Below are positions 1 through 12,574 of a stretch of DNA of 54,748 nt, piece after piece; the stretch's first letter is position 1, and each line of letters starts with the position of its first letter. Position numbers and translations under genes: made by a program. The stretch covers positions 62,001-116,748 of the forward strand of contig JABLTG010000042.1 in NCBI GenBank assembly GCA_016618085.1. Direction: 5' to 3'. The DNA comes from Neovahlkampfia damariscottae (Eukaryota). The notes under the pieces were generated by a model. It was given only the letters and a program-made list of their open reading frames with translations. It was not told the DNA's origin and made no database searches.

Positions 1-59
1 TTGGACATTTATCCAATCAATATTCATTGACCGTTAGCCAATCAAACAGTTCTTGTACA

Positions 60-1813
60 ATGTCAAACAAAAATCGGCAGTTTGTAGAGATTCAAGCTTC
101 ACACATTGAGAATCCTTTGGACATTCACACCTTCAAACTAGAATATGGATCATATTGGAAAGATTTTTTTGAACTTGCAGAAATCAAATTTAAACGTGGA
201 TGTTCAAGAGTATTTTGGAACACACACCAATCCACAGGAGAAATATATTTTGATGCAATTGTAACTGAAGGTTTCTTTAAAGATAACAACCAAGTTTTAT
301 TTACGGGTCAATTTGGGTACAAACCACCACAAAAAATAAAAAAAAAAAATAGTGGAAGTTTTTTTGGAAATAATTTAATATCTTCAAAAAATACAAACCG
401 AGGATCAAAAGATTCACCAAGAGAACTTGAAATTAATGAATTTGCTGAAATTAGTTACCCAGTAAAAAAAAAAAAAAAAAAATTAATGTATTTTGAAGAT
501 AAACTTTAAATCTGGTATAAGTATAAAAACCGATTCAAAAGATGGGTCTTTAACTGGTGTTCCTTCAAGTTGGCAAGGTATGATTGGAGAAGAAGACAAT
601 ATCAAGCATATGAAATTAGACGAAGAAGTTCAAATACCTGAACAATTAAAAGTACAAAGAAAATATGAAACTAATGGATTTAATCCTAATGGTGAAATAT
701 CTAGACCTCAAGGAATGATAAGAACAACAACTGATACTATGAAAATATTACCACCTGAGATTAGAAGACTATTAGAAGATAAACAAAGTCAACCTTCAAA
801 TTTTATAATAAAATCAAATACAAATGAAGAAGATGACCAAAAAGTTGAAGACTCTTCAAGAGGTTCAGGTGAATCAAAGAAACCACATTTACAAGATTAT
901 CTTTCAATTGAAGATCCTTCAGAATTATTTTTAGATATTAAAAAAATTGAAAATACAGATAATCATTTTCAAGCTATAAATGCAAAAGATGGTTGGATAT
1001 GTTGTATTGAAGTAATTCCTATTGACGAACGTACAAATATTGAAGCATTAGAAAATCAACTATTTATCAACGATGAACTTTCAAGTAAAGTCAATTTACC
1101 AAAACTTTATGGTTGTTATTGTAATGCGCAAGATTTATGGGTTAGATTTTTTTAACTTTAATTCACATAATTTAGATTGTAACAGAATTTATTGAAGGTG
1201 AAACTTTAGAACAAAAATTGAAAAAAGAAAAAGAATTTAAAGAAGAAGATATAAGAAAAATAGCAAAATCTATTTTAGAAAATTTGAAAATATTTGAAGA
1301 AAATTTGCTGGTATATGGTAATTTAGCTTGTAGAAATATTTTGATCACCGAAGATAAAATGTATTTCAGTAAGAAAAAATTATTTAAAAAAAAAAAAAAA
1401 AAAATAGCTAGCTTATTATATTCTGTAATTTTGAATCAAAAAGGTGATAAAATATTCTCAGATCAAGGAAATCCATGTATTATTCAATTTTGTTTATTAA
1501 CCATTTATTCATAGATTACATGGCACCAGAAATAATAATAGGGAAGAGTGGATATGATATGAGTGCAGATATTTGGAGTTTTGGGTTAATTATGATTGTT
1601 TTAGCGAAGGGTGTACATCCATATTCACTTTTAACACCAATGGAAGCTATGATTGAAATTGTAACAAAATCACCCCCTTCATTGGATGACGAAACTCAAT
1701 TTTCTTCAGCTTTTATCAATTTTGTTTCGTGTTGTTTATCACCAAAACCAAAAAAAAGAGCAAATGTTTCTGTATTATTAAATCATCCTTTTATAACAAA
1801 TGGTGATAAATAA
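60..1813 (+). CDS. PAK/STE20-like pseudokinase with degenerate CRIB/PBD domain (4 introns: 462-498, 1141-1175, 1369-1407, 1477-1514)
   Basis: Splicing joins four ORF-track fragments. It gives the CRIB-like EISYPINFKSGISIK..GSLTGVPSSW and a C-lobe with YYMAPE, DIWSFG and RANVSVLLNHPF. Catalytic motifs are altered: VAIK->CCIE, HRD->YGN, DFG->SLL, and there is no Gly loop. Confidence 0.8.
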
Positions 1814-2020
1814 ATCTTCTATTTATTCATTTTTTTTTAAAAAAATAAAATAAAAAAAAATAACGGTCAAATTAAATTTTTAACATTGTAGAGAGAATAA
1901 ATGATAATATCACTTTTAAAATTGAATGAATGAAAAAAAAAAGAGTACATCAACACAAACCAATCAAAACAATCCTAATAATTCATTGGTCAATTCTCTA
2001 AAAAACAACAACACTCAAGA

Positions 2021-2635
2021 ATGACGGCTCAGAAAGTTAAATGTGTTGTAGTAGGAGATGGAGCTGTCGGTAAAACTTGTCTTCTGTGGGTCTACCAAAA
2101 CGATCAATTTCCAGAGGAATATGTGCCAACAGTTTTTACGAATACAGTAATTGCGAACATTCTTGTTGACGGAAATGTCACATCTTTAGGTAAGAAAAAT
2201 TTCAAAGTAAAAAAAAAAGCTTTATGGGATACTGCTGGTCAAGAAGAATATGATAGATTACGTCCTTTAAGTTATCCTCAAACAAACGTTTTTTTGGTTT
2301 GTTTTTCCGTTGTCAGCAAAACTTCTTATCAAAATATTCTGGATAAATGGTTACCTGAAATAAGACACCATATGCCTTATGCTCCACTTGTTTTAGTTGG
2401 TACAAAAACTGATTTAAGAGAAGACCAAAAATTTTTAGAATCAAATATAGAAGGCACAGTTACTTCTTCAGAAGGATTAGATTTGAAAAATAAGATAAAA
2501 GCCTTTGGTTATGTTGAATGTTCCGCAAAGATAAAATCTGGAGTAAAAGAAGTTTTCGAAGAAGCTATTAGAGCTGGTACCTCAGGTAAAAAACAATCAA
2601 CAACAGGTGGAAAGAAACCGTGTTCTCTGTTGTAA
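2021..2635 (+). CDS. Rho-family (Rac-like) small GTPase; in-frame 30-nt intron 2190-2219
   Basis: [47 protein letters not shown]-terminal CSLL prenylation box. Confidence 0.97.
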   Translation: MTAQKVKCVVVGDGAVGKTCLLWVYQNDQFPEEYVPTVFTNTVIANILVDGNVTSLGKKNFKVKKKALWDTAGQEEYDRLRPLSYPQTNVFLVCFSVVSKTSYQNILDKWLPEIRHHMPYAPLVLVGTKTDLREDQKFLESNIEGTVTSSEGLDLKNKIKAFGYVECSAKIKSGVKEVFEEAIRAGTSGKKQSTTGGKKPCSLL

Positions 2636-2701
2636 ATTAAGAATTGAAAAAATTAAAAAAATTTAATTTTTTAAAAAAAAGAAAAAAAAAAAAATTAAAA
2701 T

Positions 2702-3983
2702 TTAAAACGTTTTTAAAATTTGAACTTTTTCTTCTTGTGATAAATCTTTTTCTTCAATTGATAAAAATTCATTGTATTTTTTATTTCTTTTTTTTAAAAC
2801 TTCTAAAATGATTTCTTTATCTAAGTTTTTAAATTTTTCATCAAAGATTAATTCATTTGAGAAATTAACAAATGAATCTATAAATGCCTGTTTTAAACTT
2901 TCTTTTTTTCCATTTATTATTAATTTTTTGTACGAATCAAAAATGTTATCCATAGAAAGTGATTCGTTAATTGATTGATTACATAATTCATTTAATTTAA
3001 ATAATTTTAATTTTTTTGATACTTCTGATAATTCAATAATTTGATTTAATTCAATTTTATCAATACTAAAAAATATTAATTTTTTTCGTTTTATTTTTAC
3101 TAATCACCATTGTAAATAAATTGTAAAACTAAATTAAAAATTTCTTCTGATATATCTTTAATTTCAATTTCATTCTTAAATAATTAATATTTAAATATTG
3201 AACAAACTTTTTGATTTTCAAACATTTCTTTAAATATTTCTGATTTCATTGATAATAACATTTTATGACCAAATATAATTTTATCATTTATTTTAAATGA
3301 AACATCACTATAATCTTTTTGAAAAAGTAATTTTGAGAATATAGTATCTTCTTTTGGTTCTTTTTATTTAATATTTTCTTTCAATGTTTTTTACTTTTTC
3401 CAATTTTATTTAAATCAATATAACCATCTTTTCCTGAGATTGAAATTGTATTTATTTCAATATTAGAACCACCATTATTTTGATGTGAATCAATAAATAA
3501 AAAACTCAAATACTTTCCTTTTAATGTTTTACCTTTTTTTAAAAATATTTCAAATCTTGCATCTTCAACTTTGGTTTCGAAAAACTATCATCAATAATGA
3601 AATGGTTTCTACTTACTATAAATGGTATATTAGGTGGATTTAAATGAATTGTATTATTTGAATAATCTTTATATTTTAAAATATCTTCTGGACTTGGTTT
3701 AGTTTCAGTTACAAATACAATTCTATTTTTTTATTTTTATTTTTTGAATTTACCCTGATTTTATAGGTGAATCTTCATAATCATAAGAATAAATTAAAAA
3801 GTTTGTCATTTCAAATCCATTACTATTCTCTGATTGATACTCACAAATTAAAACAAAATTATTTCCATCAATAGATTCATGTTCATAGGAATCCTTGAAA
3901 ACATTTTCAACTGGAGAATCCTTATTTGTACCAGTGTAAGATAAAACTTTAAATTTTTGTGATAAGTCTTTAACTTGGTCCAT
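2702..3983 (-). CDS. BTB/POZ-domain protein (5 short introns)
   Basis: Spliced reading gives DYSDVSFKINDKIIFGHKMLLSMKSEIFKEMF...IEIKDISEEIFNLVLQFIYNG, a BTB signature. Confidence 0.8.
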
Positions 3984-3995
3984 TTTTAATTCTAA

Positions 3996-4000
3996 CCAAT
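3996..4000. promoter_or_regulatory. CCAAT motif in a 48-bp bidirectional promoter (representative of a motif beside most start codons)
   Basis: Single aaccaat between divergent ATGs at 3983 and 4032. Confidence 0.6.
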
Positions 4001-4031
4001 AATATAGATTCTTCAAAAATTGTAAACACAA

Positions 4032-5698
4032 ATGAAGTTGATACTTTTTTTAAGTTTAATTTTAATATGTTATGCAAATCATAAACCAATATATCATATT
4101 ACACCTGAAAAGAATTGGATGAACGACCCAAATGCACCAATATATTATAGAAATAATTATCACTTCTTTTATCAACATAATCCAAATGAAACATTTTGGG
4201 GTAAAATATCATGGGGTCATGTGTAAATTTTATACATTTTTTTTTTTTACTTTTTTCAAGTTATTCATCTGATTTAATACATTGGAAAAGATTACCAATT
4301 GCAATATCACCTACAGATCATTCTTATGATTCTTATGGAATTTGGAGTTATAAAAAATATATAACTAAAATATATATAGGTGGTATGGGTGTTATTGAAG
4401 AAGGAGAATTTATTGCATTTTATACTGGTGTTACTCAAATTAATGAAACATTTCCATTTAAAGAAGTTCAATGTATTGCAAGTTCAAAAGATCCACTTTT
4501 ATTAAAATTTAAAAAATATGAAACTAATCCTATTCTTTCAAATAAACCAATAGGAAATGAATTATCATTTAGAGATCCATTCATTTTTAAAGAAAATAAA
4601 AAATGGAAAATGTTACTTTCAAGTGGATATAATGATACAGGTGGGAATGTTATTATTTATGAAAGTGATATTTTAAAATCAAATAATTGGAAATATAAAG
4701 GTAAACTTATTGATGACGAATATACAATAAAATATAAAAATATAACTGGTACTATTTGGGAGTGTCCAATTTTAATTTCTTTTGAAAATCATCATCAATC
4801 AGTTTTATTTTTAAGCGCAGATAAAACTGAACCTCATCAATCTCAATGGTATTCATTAGGTATTTTAAAAAATAAAAAGTTCATACCAGAAAGAATGAGA
4901 TTAATGGATTCAGGTTATTTATATGCTGTTAATTCATTTAAACATTCAAATGGAAATGATTTATTAATTGGATGGATAAAAGAATCAAGATCAAGAGATG
5001 ATCAAATTAAAGATGGTTGGTCAGGTTCATTAAGTTTACCATCTAATTTTAAAATATCAAATGATGGTTATTTAGAATTTGAACCTATAAAAGAAATAGA
5101 GTCTTTAAGAAAATCTTTAGTTTCTTCATTCAGAAATTCAAAATTATTGGAAAAAACATTAATTTTAGAAAAAGGAAATTTTATTGAAATTTATTCAACA
5201 TTTTTACTAAAAGATCAAATTTCAAATAAATTTGGATTTTATATAAAAAGTTCAAATGATTTTAAAGAGAATACAAAAATATATTTCGACAAAGCAAAAT
5301 ATCAAATTATTATTGAAAGAGAAGATTCTTCATTATCTTCTTCTGTTGAAAAATATAATCATATTGTTGATGTACCAAGATTAGTTGGAATAAATCAACC
5401 ATTAGAAATTAGAATATTTATTGATGCTTCAGTAATTGAAGTTTTTGTAAATAAAAAAGTTCGAATCGCGACTAGAGTTTATCCATTATTATCAAATAGT
5501 ATATCAGTATATTCATATTCGGACAGAGAAAGTATAAATGTTAATTCTTTATTTATTTGGGAAATGAACTCAATTTGGAATGATACAATTGACGAAGAAC
5601 AATCAATTTTAGTATTGATAATTTCAAATTTGATTTCTTCAGTATTTTTATTCTCTTTCATTTTACTTATTTATTTAATATCAAAAATTAAAAAATAA
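4032..5698 (+). CDS. GH32 beta-fructofuranosidase/invertase with signal peptide and C-terminal TM anchor (introns 4223-4260, 4347-4379)
   Basis: WMNDPNA, spliced [12 protein letters not shown] and GIWSG, FRDP, WECP; hydrophobic N- and C-termini. Confidence 0.93.
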
Positions 5699-5744
5699 TA
5701 ATATTATTTTTATTTTTCCAATTTAATTTTATCCAATCACAGAC

Positions 5745-6805
5745 ATGTGTTCAACAAACAAAGAAATATTCGACACAGAGGAAGAAAAAGAAATTCAAGC
5801 TTTGAGACAATTAAAAAAATGGTCAGATCTTTTTAGATTTGTTGAAAATAAAACAAGTTTATTGTGTAAAGTATACAAGGCAGAGAGTTTACTAAAAATG
5901 AATTTTCAACAAGAAGGAGAAAAAATTTTAAAATCATTAATAAAAAAAGATATAAACAAAACCAACAACTCAAAAGAAATATTTTTGATTGCAAAATGTT
6001 ATGACCTTCTTGAAGATCCAAAACAAATAATTTGGTACGAAAAAGCTAGTCAATTAGGTATGGTCACTACTTTTAAAATTCAAAAGGTGAATATGTTGCT
6101 CAACATAATTTAGCAATATGCTATGAAAATGGTTGTTTCGTTCCACAAAATTATGATTTAGCATTTAAATGGTACGAAAGAGCAGCAAATCGAGGACATG
6201 CAAAATCAATAAATAATTTAGCATTATGTTATGAAAGAGGATTAGGTACAGAACAGAGTTTCACCAAAGCCTTTTCCTATTATTTAAAATCAGCTGAATT
6301 GGGTAATTTGATTGCTCAAGAAAATGTAGCAATTTGTTATGAAAATGGTGATGGAACAACACAAAATCTTGAAAAAGCATTTTATTGGTATTTACAATCA
6401 GCGAAGGGAGGTAGTTCCCAAGGAATGTTTTTTCTGGGTATGGCTTATTCATTTGGTAGTGGAGTCAAAAAAAATGAAAAAGAAGCATTCTATTGGTATA
6501 AAAAATCAAGTGAAAATCATTCAATTGGAGGTACATGTGAATTAGGAAATTGTTATGAATTTGGTATTGGAACTGAAATTAATTTAGACAAAGCATATGA
6601 ATGTTATTCTTTGATATCAAACGAAAAAGTTGAGGATTTATTTACAAAATCATCAATTGAAAAAGCAAAAGAGAGATATGAATATTTTAGAAAAAATTCA
6701 ATTACATTTCTATCTCATATTGAATCAAGAGGGATGTATTTAAAATTAATTCCTACACAAAATTCATGTTTGAATGATGTTTTAATTTTTTGTTCAAATG
6801 AATAA
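5745..6805 (+). CDS. SEL1-like repeat protein (1 intron)
   Basis: Repeated NLAICYENG..QNxxxAFxWYxxAAxxG motifs. Confidence 0.9.
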
Positions 6806-6929
6806 ATTTGAATACAAATTGTATTGAAAGTTAAAATATTTGGAAAAACAAAAGAAATGATTAAAATCAAGTGATTACAATAAATTTGTTCGCTGCCTTA
6901 AATCAATTTCATTGGTCAAATACCCAAAC

Positions 6930-7610
6930 ATGAACAGATTAATTGTCTCCGTTGTACTAGGAACTAGTGGATATGCTGCATATTCCTTTCATTCAGAAAA
7001 GAAATTAGATGAAAATATTGGAGTAAAATCCAGTTCTAAAATATTTTTACTATTGGGACCATCCGGTGTCGGAAAAGACACTTTAAAATATGGTGCAAGG
7101 GATAAATTACAAAAGAATAAAGATGAAAGTGTAGTATTCTGTCAAAGAGTAATTACAAGACCATTAAAAGAAGGTGATGCGGAAATACATGAAGTAATGG
7201 AAAAAGAAGAATTTTTGAAAGAAAAAGAAAAAGGAACATTTGGAATTGATTGGGAAGCATATAATTTCTTTTATGGAATTAGAAATGATTTAATTTTAAA
7301 TCCATTAAAAAATGGAAAGAATGTATTATTAAATATTTCAAGAAATAAAATTGAAGAAGCACAAAATAAATATGAATCTAAAGGATTTAATGTTGTAGTT
7401 TTAGAAATATCAGCTGACCCAGAAATTATAAAAAATAGATTAAAAAAAAGAGGAAGAGAAACAGAAGAACAAATAAATCAAAGAATACAAAGACATTTAG
7501 AACAAAGAAAAAAAGTGATAGAAGTATCAAATAAAATAGTAACAATAGAAAATAATGGTACTATTGAAGAAGGAATTGAAAAATTTATTAATGTTTTAAA
7601 GAGTAATTAA
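6930..7610 (+). CDS. phnN: Ribose 1,5-bisphosphokinase PhnN-like (guanylate kinase fold) with N-terminal hydrophobic leader
   Basis: GPSGVGKDT, RVITRP, WEAYNFFYGI, VLLNISR, RLKKRGRE, IENNGT match the PhnN motif order. Confidence 0.75.
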   Translation: MNRLIVSVVLGTSGYAAYSFHSEKKLDENIGVKSSSKIFLLLGPSGVGKDTLKYGARDKLQKNKDESVVFCQRVITRPLKEGDAEIHEVMEKEEFLKEKEKGTFGIDWEAYNFFYGIRNDLILNPLKNGKNVLLNISRNKIEEAQNKYESKGFNVVVLEISADPEIIKNRLKKRGRETEEQINQRIQRHLEQRKKVIEVSNKIVTIENNGTIEEGIEKFINVLKSN

Positions 7611-8311
7611 GGATTTATTCTTTTATTTTTTAAATCTTGTTTAAAACTATTATTTGATTTATATTTGTCATCTAATTCATTCATATCTTTTTCATTATTT
7701 TCTAATTCTTTTTCTATTCTATTTTTTTTTTTTTTTTTTAATTCAACCATTGATCTTTTTTTTTGATTTTTTTTCATTGTCAATAATAATAGTTCAGAAT
7801 AGGATTCATTCTTTAAACCATTAACAAATATAACTTTTAAATATTTTAATATTTTAATTCTTAAATCATTCTTCTTCCAATCAATTCTCAAATTATTTTT
7901 AAATTCTTCTTTAAAATGTTGTTCAAATAACTTTTTATTTTCTTCAAAATGTAAATCAAATAAAACTAGAATATCAAAATATATTTCTTTTAAAATTAAT
8001 TTGGTGATCTTTTCATGTTTTAAATGACTTTCAATAATAATATCAAAAAAGAAATCTAAAACTGAATTAATTTGAAGATTAATAATTTTGAAATGTTCAA
8101 TGTTATTTGGAATAGGTAAAATCATCTTTGAGGAAAAGGGATGACTTTTTTGATAAGTTTCTTTCAATTTTGATATAAATTTACTTCTAATTTCAATTGA
8201 ACTATCATTTAAAGGTGACTCTAAAAGAAACTTTAAAACTTTATGAATAGAAATGATTATATCATCATTTTGTTTGAATAATTCATTTTCAGTTTTCATT
8301 TTATAGTTCAT
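7607..8311 (-). CDS. Hypothetical protein
   Basis: 234-aa ATG-initiated ORF filling the space between two genes; no recognisable motif. Confidence 0.6.
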   Translation of the reverse strand: MNYKMKTENELFKQNDDIIISIHKVLKFLLESPLNDSSIEIRSKFISKLKETYQKSHPFSSKMILPIPNNIEHFKIINLQINSVLDFFFDIIIESHLKHEKITKLILKEIYFDILVLFDLHFEENKKLFEQHFKEEFKNNLRIDWKKNDLRIKILKYLKVIFVNGLKNESYSELLLLTMKKNQKKRSMVELKKKKKNRIEKELENNEKDMNELDDKYKSNNSFKQDLKNKRINP

Positions 8312-8399
8312 TTTTTTTTGATCTTTATTTTTCGTTTTGTTCGTTACATCTCTTTAACCAACATTTAACGAATTTTCTAATATTCCGAACCAATCAACG

Positions 8400-9080
8400 A
8401 TGACTATTTTTGTTGGATTAACAGGAGGTATATCATGTGGTAAATCAACAGTATCATCAATACTAGAGAAAAATGGATGTATAATTATTGATTTTGATAA
8501 AATAGCAAAACAAGCGTTGGAAGTTGGAGAGACTCCATATGAATCTACTGTAAATTATTTTCAAAATGAATACAAGGATGTAAACGGAAACTCGGTCAAT
8601 ATTTTAAAAGAAGACTGTAAAAATATTGACAGAACAATTTTGGGTTCCATTGTATTTTCTGATAAAGCAGCAAGAAAAAAACTTCAAAGTTTTACTGATC
8701 AATGGTGTTTTTGGAAAATATCCAAGGAAATATATTCACACTATTCTTTGTTTTCAAATGATAAAATTGTAATACTAGACGCGCCTCTCTTATATGAAAC
8801 AAAAGTATTTTCATATATTACTTCTTGTAATATTGTTGTTGTATTGAATTATGAAACACAATTAAAAAGGTTAATGGAAAGGAATGAACTATCAAAAGAA
8901 GAAGCAGAGAATAGAATAAAGTCTCAAATGTCTACAAAAGAAAAAATTGAAAAATCACAATTTGTAATTGAAAATGAAGGAGATTTAGAAAATTTAGAAA
9001 AGAAAACCTTATACATTTTAGGATGCATTAAATCTGGAGTTTTCAAGGAAGAATATATCCCAGATAAAATCAAATTTTAA
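8400..9080 (+). CDS. coaE: Dephospho-CoA kinase
   Basis: VGLTGGISCGKSTVS, IDRTILGSIVF, DAPLLYE, QLKRLMERN, RIKSQM. Confidence 0.95.
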   Translation: MTIFVGLTGGISCGKSTVSSILEKNGCIIIDFDKIAKQALEVGETPYESTVNYFQNEYKDVNGNSVNILKEDCKNIDRTILGSIVFSDKAARKKLQSFTDQWCFWKISKEIYSHYSLFSNDKIVILDAPLLYETKVFSYITSCNIVVVLNYETQLKRLMERNELSKEEAENRIKSQMSTKEKIEKSQFVIENEGDLENLEKKTLYILGCIKSGVFKEEYIPDKIKF

Positions 9081-9213
9081 TGAAAATAAATATTTGGTTA
9101 CATCACTTTGGAAATGATCAAATCGTTTTAATTTCTAAATAAAAATGTTTCTTATTTTTTTATTATTGGTGCGGAGTTTAGTTCGGATTTTATTGTCCAA
9201 TCCGAATCCACTA

Positions 9214-10756
9214 ATGGGAAAAGAAGAAGTTTTATCACAAGTACAAAAACAAGTCGCTGAAAAAGCAAAAGAATATTTTAAAGCTTGTGACAGTGATGGA
9301 AATGGTTTTATTTCTAAAGAAGAATGGGTATCTGCAGAACAAACACTTGCAAGAGCAACAATGGGAGTAAATCTTGAAAAAGAAGTTGCTTTAGAAGAGT
9401 TTAGTGACTTTGATTTAAATAATGATGGTAAAATTTCAGAAGAAGAATTTGTAGCTGTAAGTTTAAAAAGTTTAGAAGCACTTGCTCAAGAACTTCAAGA
9501 TAGTGAAGTTGATGAATTAAATCTATTTGCTCAACTTTTTGCTGAAGAAATGGATGAAACAATTTCATTATTAAAAAACCCAGAAATGGTCAGTGAATGG
9601 TTTCAAAAAGTTAAAAAAACACTTATTGAAAAAACTGAAGAATATTTTAATGCATGTGATTTAGATGGAAATGGTTTTATTGAAAAAGATGAATTTGAAA
9701 AAACACAAAATATATTAGCTCAAGCAACAACTGGAATGAATCTTGATAAAGATGAATTAATGGGTGAATTTGAAGAATTTGATACAAATAATGATGGAAA
9801 GATTTCAAAAGAAGAATTTGTAACTGTTACAATGAAAGCTTTAAAACCTGTTGAAGATGAAATAAAAAATGCAACTGTATTTGAACTTCAACTTTTTCAA
9901 CAAGTATTTATTGATCAAATGGATGAAACAATCAAGTTTGTTTTTTTTTTTTTTTTATTAAAATAATAAAAATAGATTATTAAAATATCCAGAATTTAGA
10001 GAAAAATGGTTTCAAAAAGTTAAAAAAACACTTCTTCAAAAAACAAAAGAATATTTTAAAGCATGTGATTTAGATGGAAATGGTTTTATTGAAAAAGATG
10101 AATTTATTAAATGTCAAGAAATATTAAATACTGCTACATCTGGATTTACAGGTGAAAAATCAAAAATTGATAAAGATTCAATTCTTTCTGAATTTAAAAA
10201 TTTTGATATTAATAATGATGGTAAAATTTCAGAAGAAGAATTTGTTACAATTACAATGAAATCATTAAAACCTATTGAAGATGAAATTAAAGATGCTGAT
10301 GTATTTGAACTTCAATTATTTGAACAACTTTTTAAAGAAGAAATGGATCAAACTATTTATATTTTAAAGAATCCATTATCTGGATTAACTAAAGTTGAAT
10401 TATTTTCAAAAATTATGAAAACATTTGAATCAAAAACAAAAGAATATTTTAAAGCATGTGATTTAGATGGAAATGGTTTTATTGAAAAAGAAGAATGGGA
10501 AAAATGTCAAGACGTTTTATCAAAAGCGACTTCAGATTTGAAAGTCAGTAAAGATGATCTTTTATCAGAATTTAAAAAAATGGATTTGAATAATGACGGA
10601 AAAGTATCAGAAGAAGAATTTGTAAAAGTTACATTGGAATCTTTAAAACCAATTGAAATTGAAATTGAACAATTTGATATTATTCAACTTGAAGCATTTG
10701 AAAAAATATTTGCTCAAGGTATGGATGAAACAATTACTCTTTTAAAGAAAAAATAA
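9214..10756 (+). CDS. Multi-EF-hand Ca2+-binding protein with four repeated EF-hand-pair modules (intron 9936-9975)
   Basis: Four copies of CDxDGNGFIxKxE ... DxNNDGKISxEEF; near-identical DNA repeats. Confidence 0.92.
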
Positions 10757-10816
10757 ATGTTCATTTTTTATTCCACCAATAAGATTTCAACGTACTGGGC
10801 CAACCTTAAGAAAAGA

Positions 10817-12299
10817 ATGTTGAACAATTTTAAAAGAAATTATTCATTATATTTACAACAAGGATTAAAATATCATGAAAAACAAAATTATAAAGAAGCA
10901 ATAAATTCATTCATCAAATCAAAAGAACCAACTGCATTCAAATTTATTGGTGAAATTTATTTGAATGAATTAAATAATCCAAAAGAATCATTTAAATATT
11001 TTAAAATTGCAACAGAAATGGGTGACATTGATTCATTAGCAATTGTTGGTCATTTTTATGAAGAAGGAATTATACCAGGTTTAAAAAAGAATTTATTAAA
11101 GTCAATTCAATATTATAAAAATGGTGTTGAGAAAAATAATACAAAATCAATGATTTATTTAGGAATAATGTATGAAATTGGAAATAAAATAATTCAAAAA
11201 AATGAAAATTTATCAAAAAAATATTATTTAAATGCATCAAAATTAGGTGATAGAAATGGATTTTATCATTTAGGTTTATTTTATTTAAAGAAAAAAGATT
11301 ATAAAAAAGCTATAAATTATTTTGAAAAAGGATTAAAAAATGAGTCAAAAGATGTTGATAATGTTGATAATGTTGATGTTGATGATATTTCTGGTGAATG
11401 TTTATATAATTTAGGTTTAATTTATAAAAATGGAATTGGAGTTGAAAAAGATGTAATCAAAGCATTTAATTATTTTCAAAAATCATCAAGTCATGGAAAT
11501 TCAAAATCAATGATTTTACTTGGTCAACTATTTAAAAATGGTTCTTCATTTATTGAAAAGAATTTTAAAAAATCAATGAATTATTTTGAAAAATCAATTG
11601 AATTTAAGAATTGGGAAGGTTATTTTGAAATTGGAAATTTATATTTTGATGGAATATTGTGTGATCAAAATATTGAATTAGCATTGATATATTTTAAAAA
11701 AGGAGAAGAAAAAAATGAATCAAATTGTTTAAATTCTATTGGTTATTTCTATGAAAATGGAATTATATTTGAAAAGTCAATAGATAAAGCAATAGAATAC
11801 TATGAAAGATCATCAATATTAAAAAATGCATTTTCGTTTTTTAATTTAGGTTTAATCTATATGGATGAATATGAAAATAAATTAGATTTAAAAAAATCAT
11901 ATGATTACTTTTTAAAATCTGCAGATTTAGGTATTATTTATTTTTGATATCTCAAAATATTAGGTTATGCAAAAGCAATGACATTTATTGGTGAATTTTA
12001 TCGATTTGGAAAAGTAGTTGAACAGAGTTTTGAAATTGCATCTTCTTGTTATCAAAGAGCAATTGATAGTATTTTAAAGATTGTTTTAATTTCTCTACAG
12101 TTGGTGATGATCCTTCTGCAATGATAAATTTAGGATTATTATATTTGAATGGAAATGGAGTGAATCAAAAGTAAAATTGAAATACTCTAACTTTATAAGT
12201 GTTGAAACTGCAAAAGAGTTATTTAATTCTGCTTTTGAAAATGGGTTTTTTGAGAACGAAAAAGATTATAAAAATTTTTTAAAAGATTGTGAATTATAA
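10817..12299 (+). CDS. SEL1-like repeat protein, possible mitochondrial presequence (3 introns)
   Basis: Many LGxxYxxGxGVxKDxxKAxxYF repeats; MLNNFKRNYS start. Confidence 0.88.
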
Positions 12300-12518
12300 A
12301 AGAAATAATTTAATGATTAAAAGTAAAATTATTGTTACAGATACAATTAAAGCTAAAAATTTCAATTCATTTATATTATTATTTAATAAACTCATATGAG
12401 CATTTGTTATTTGTATATTTTGATTCATTATTGTTAATTGTGTTCTTAATGTTTCTGCATATTGTATAAAATCTAATTTCTTTGTTTGTACTTTTACGGA
12501 CTCATGAAAATTCTTCAT
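12294..12518 (-). CDS. Small tail-anchored coiled-coil protein
   Basis: ATG preceded by CCAAT motif; heptad-like stretch followed by C-terminal hydrophobic helix. Confidence 0.5.
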   Translation of the reverse strand: MKNFHESVKVQTKKLDFIQYAETLRTQLTIMNQNIQITNAHMSLLNNNINELKFLALIVSVTIILLLIIKLFLL

Positions 12519-12574
12519 TGAAGAATATGATTGGTTTTTAAAAAAAAAAAATAAAAAACTGATCAATATATTTA

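Noticed and set aside
462..1407. Long poly-A runs as retroposon tails or frameshift errors
   Set aside because: They lie inside GT-AG introns whose removal restores the kinase frame
9214..10756. DNA repeats as a CRISPR array or satellite
   Set aside because: The repeats are in-frame EF-hand modules; there is no repeat-spacer structure or cas gene in the window
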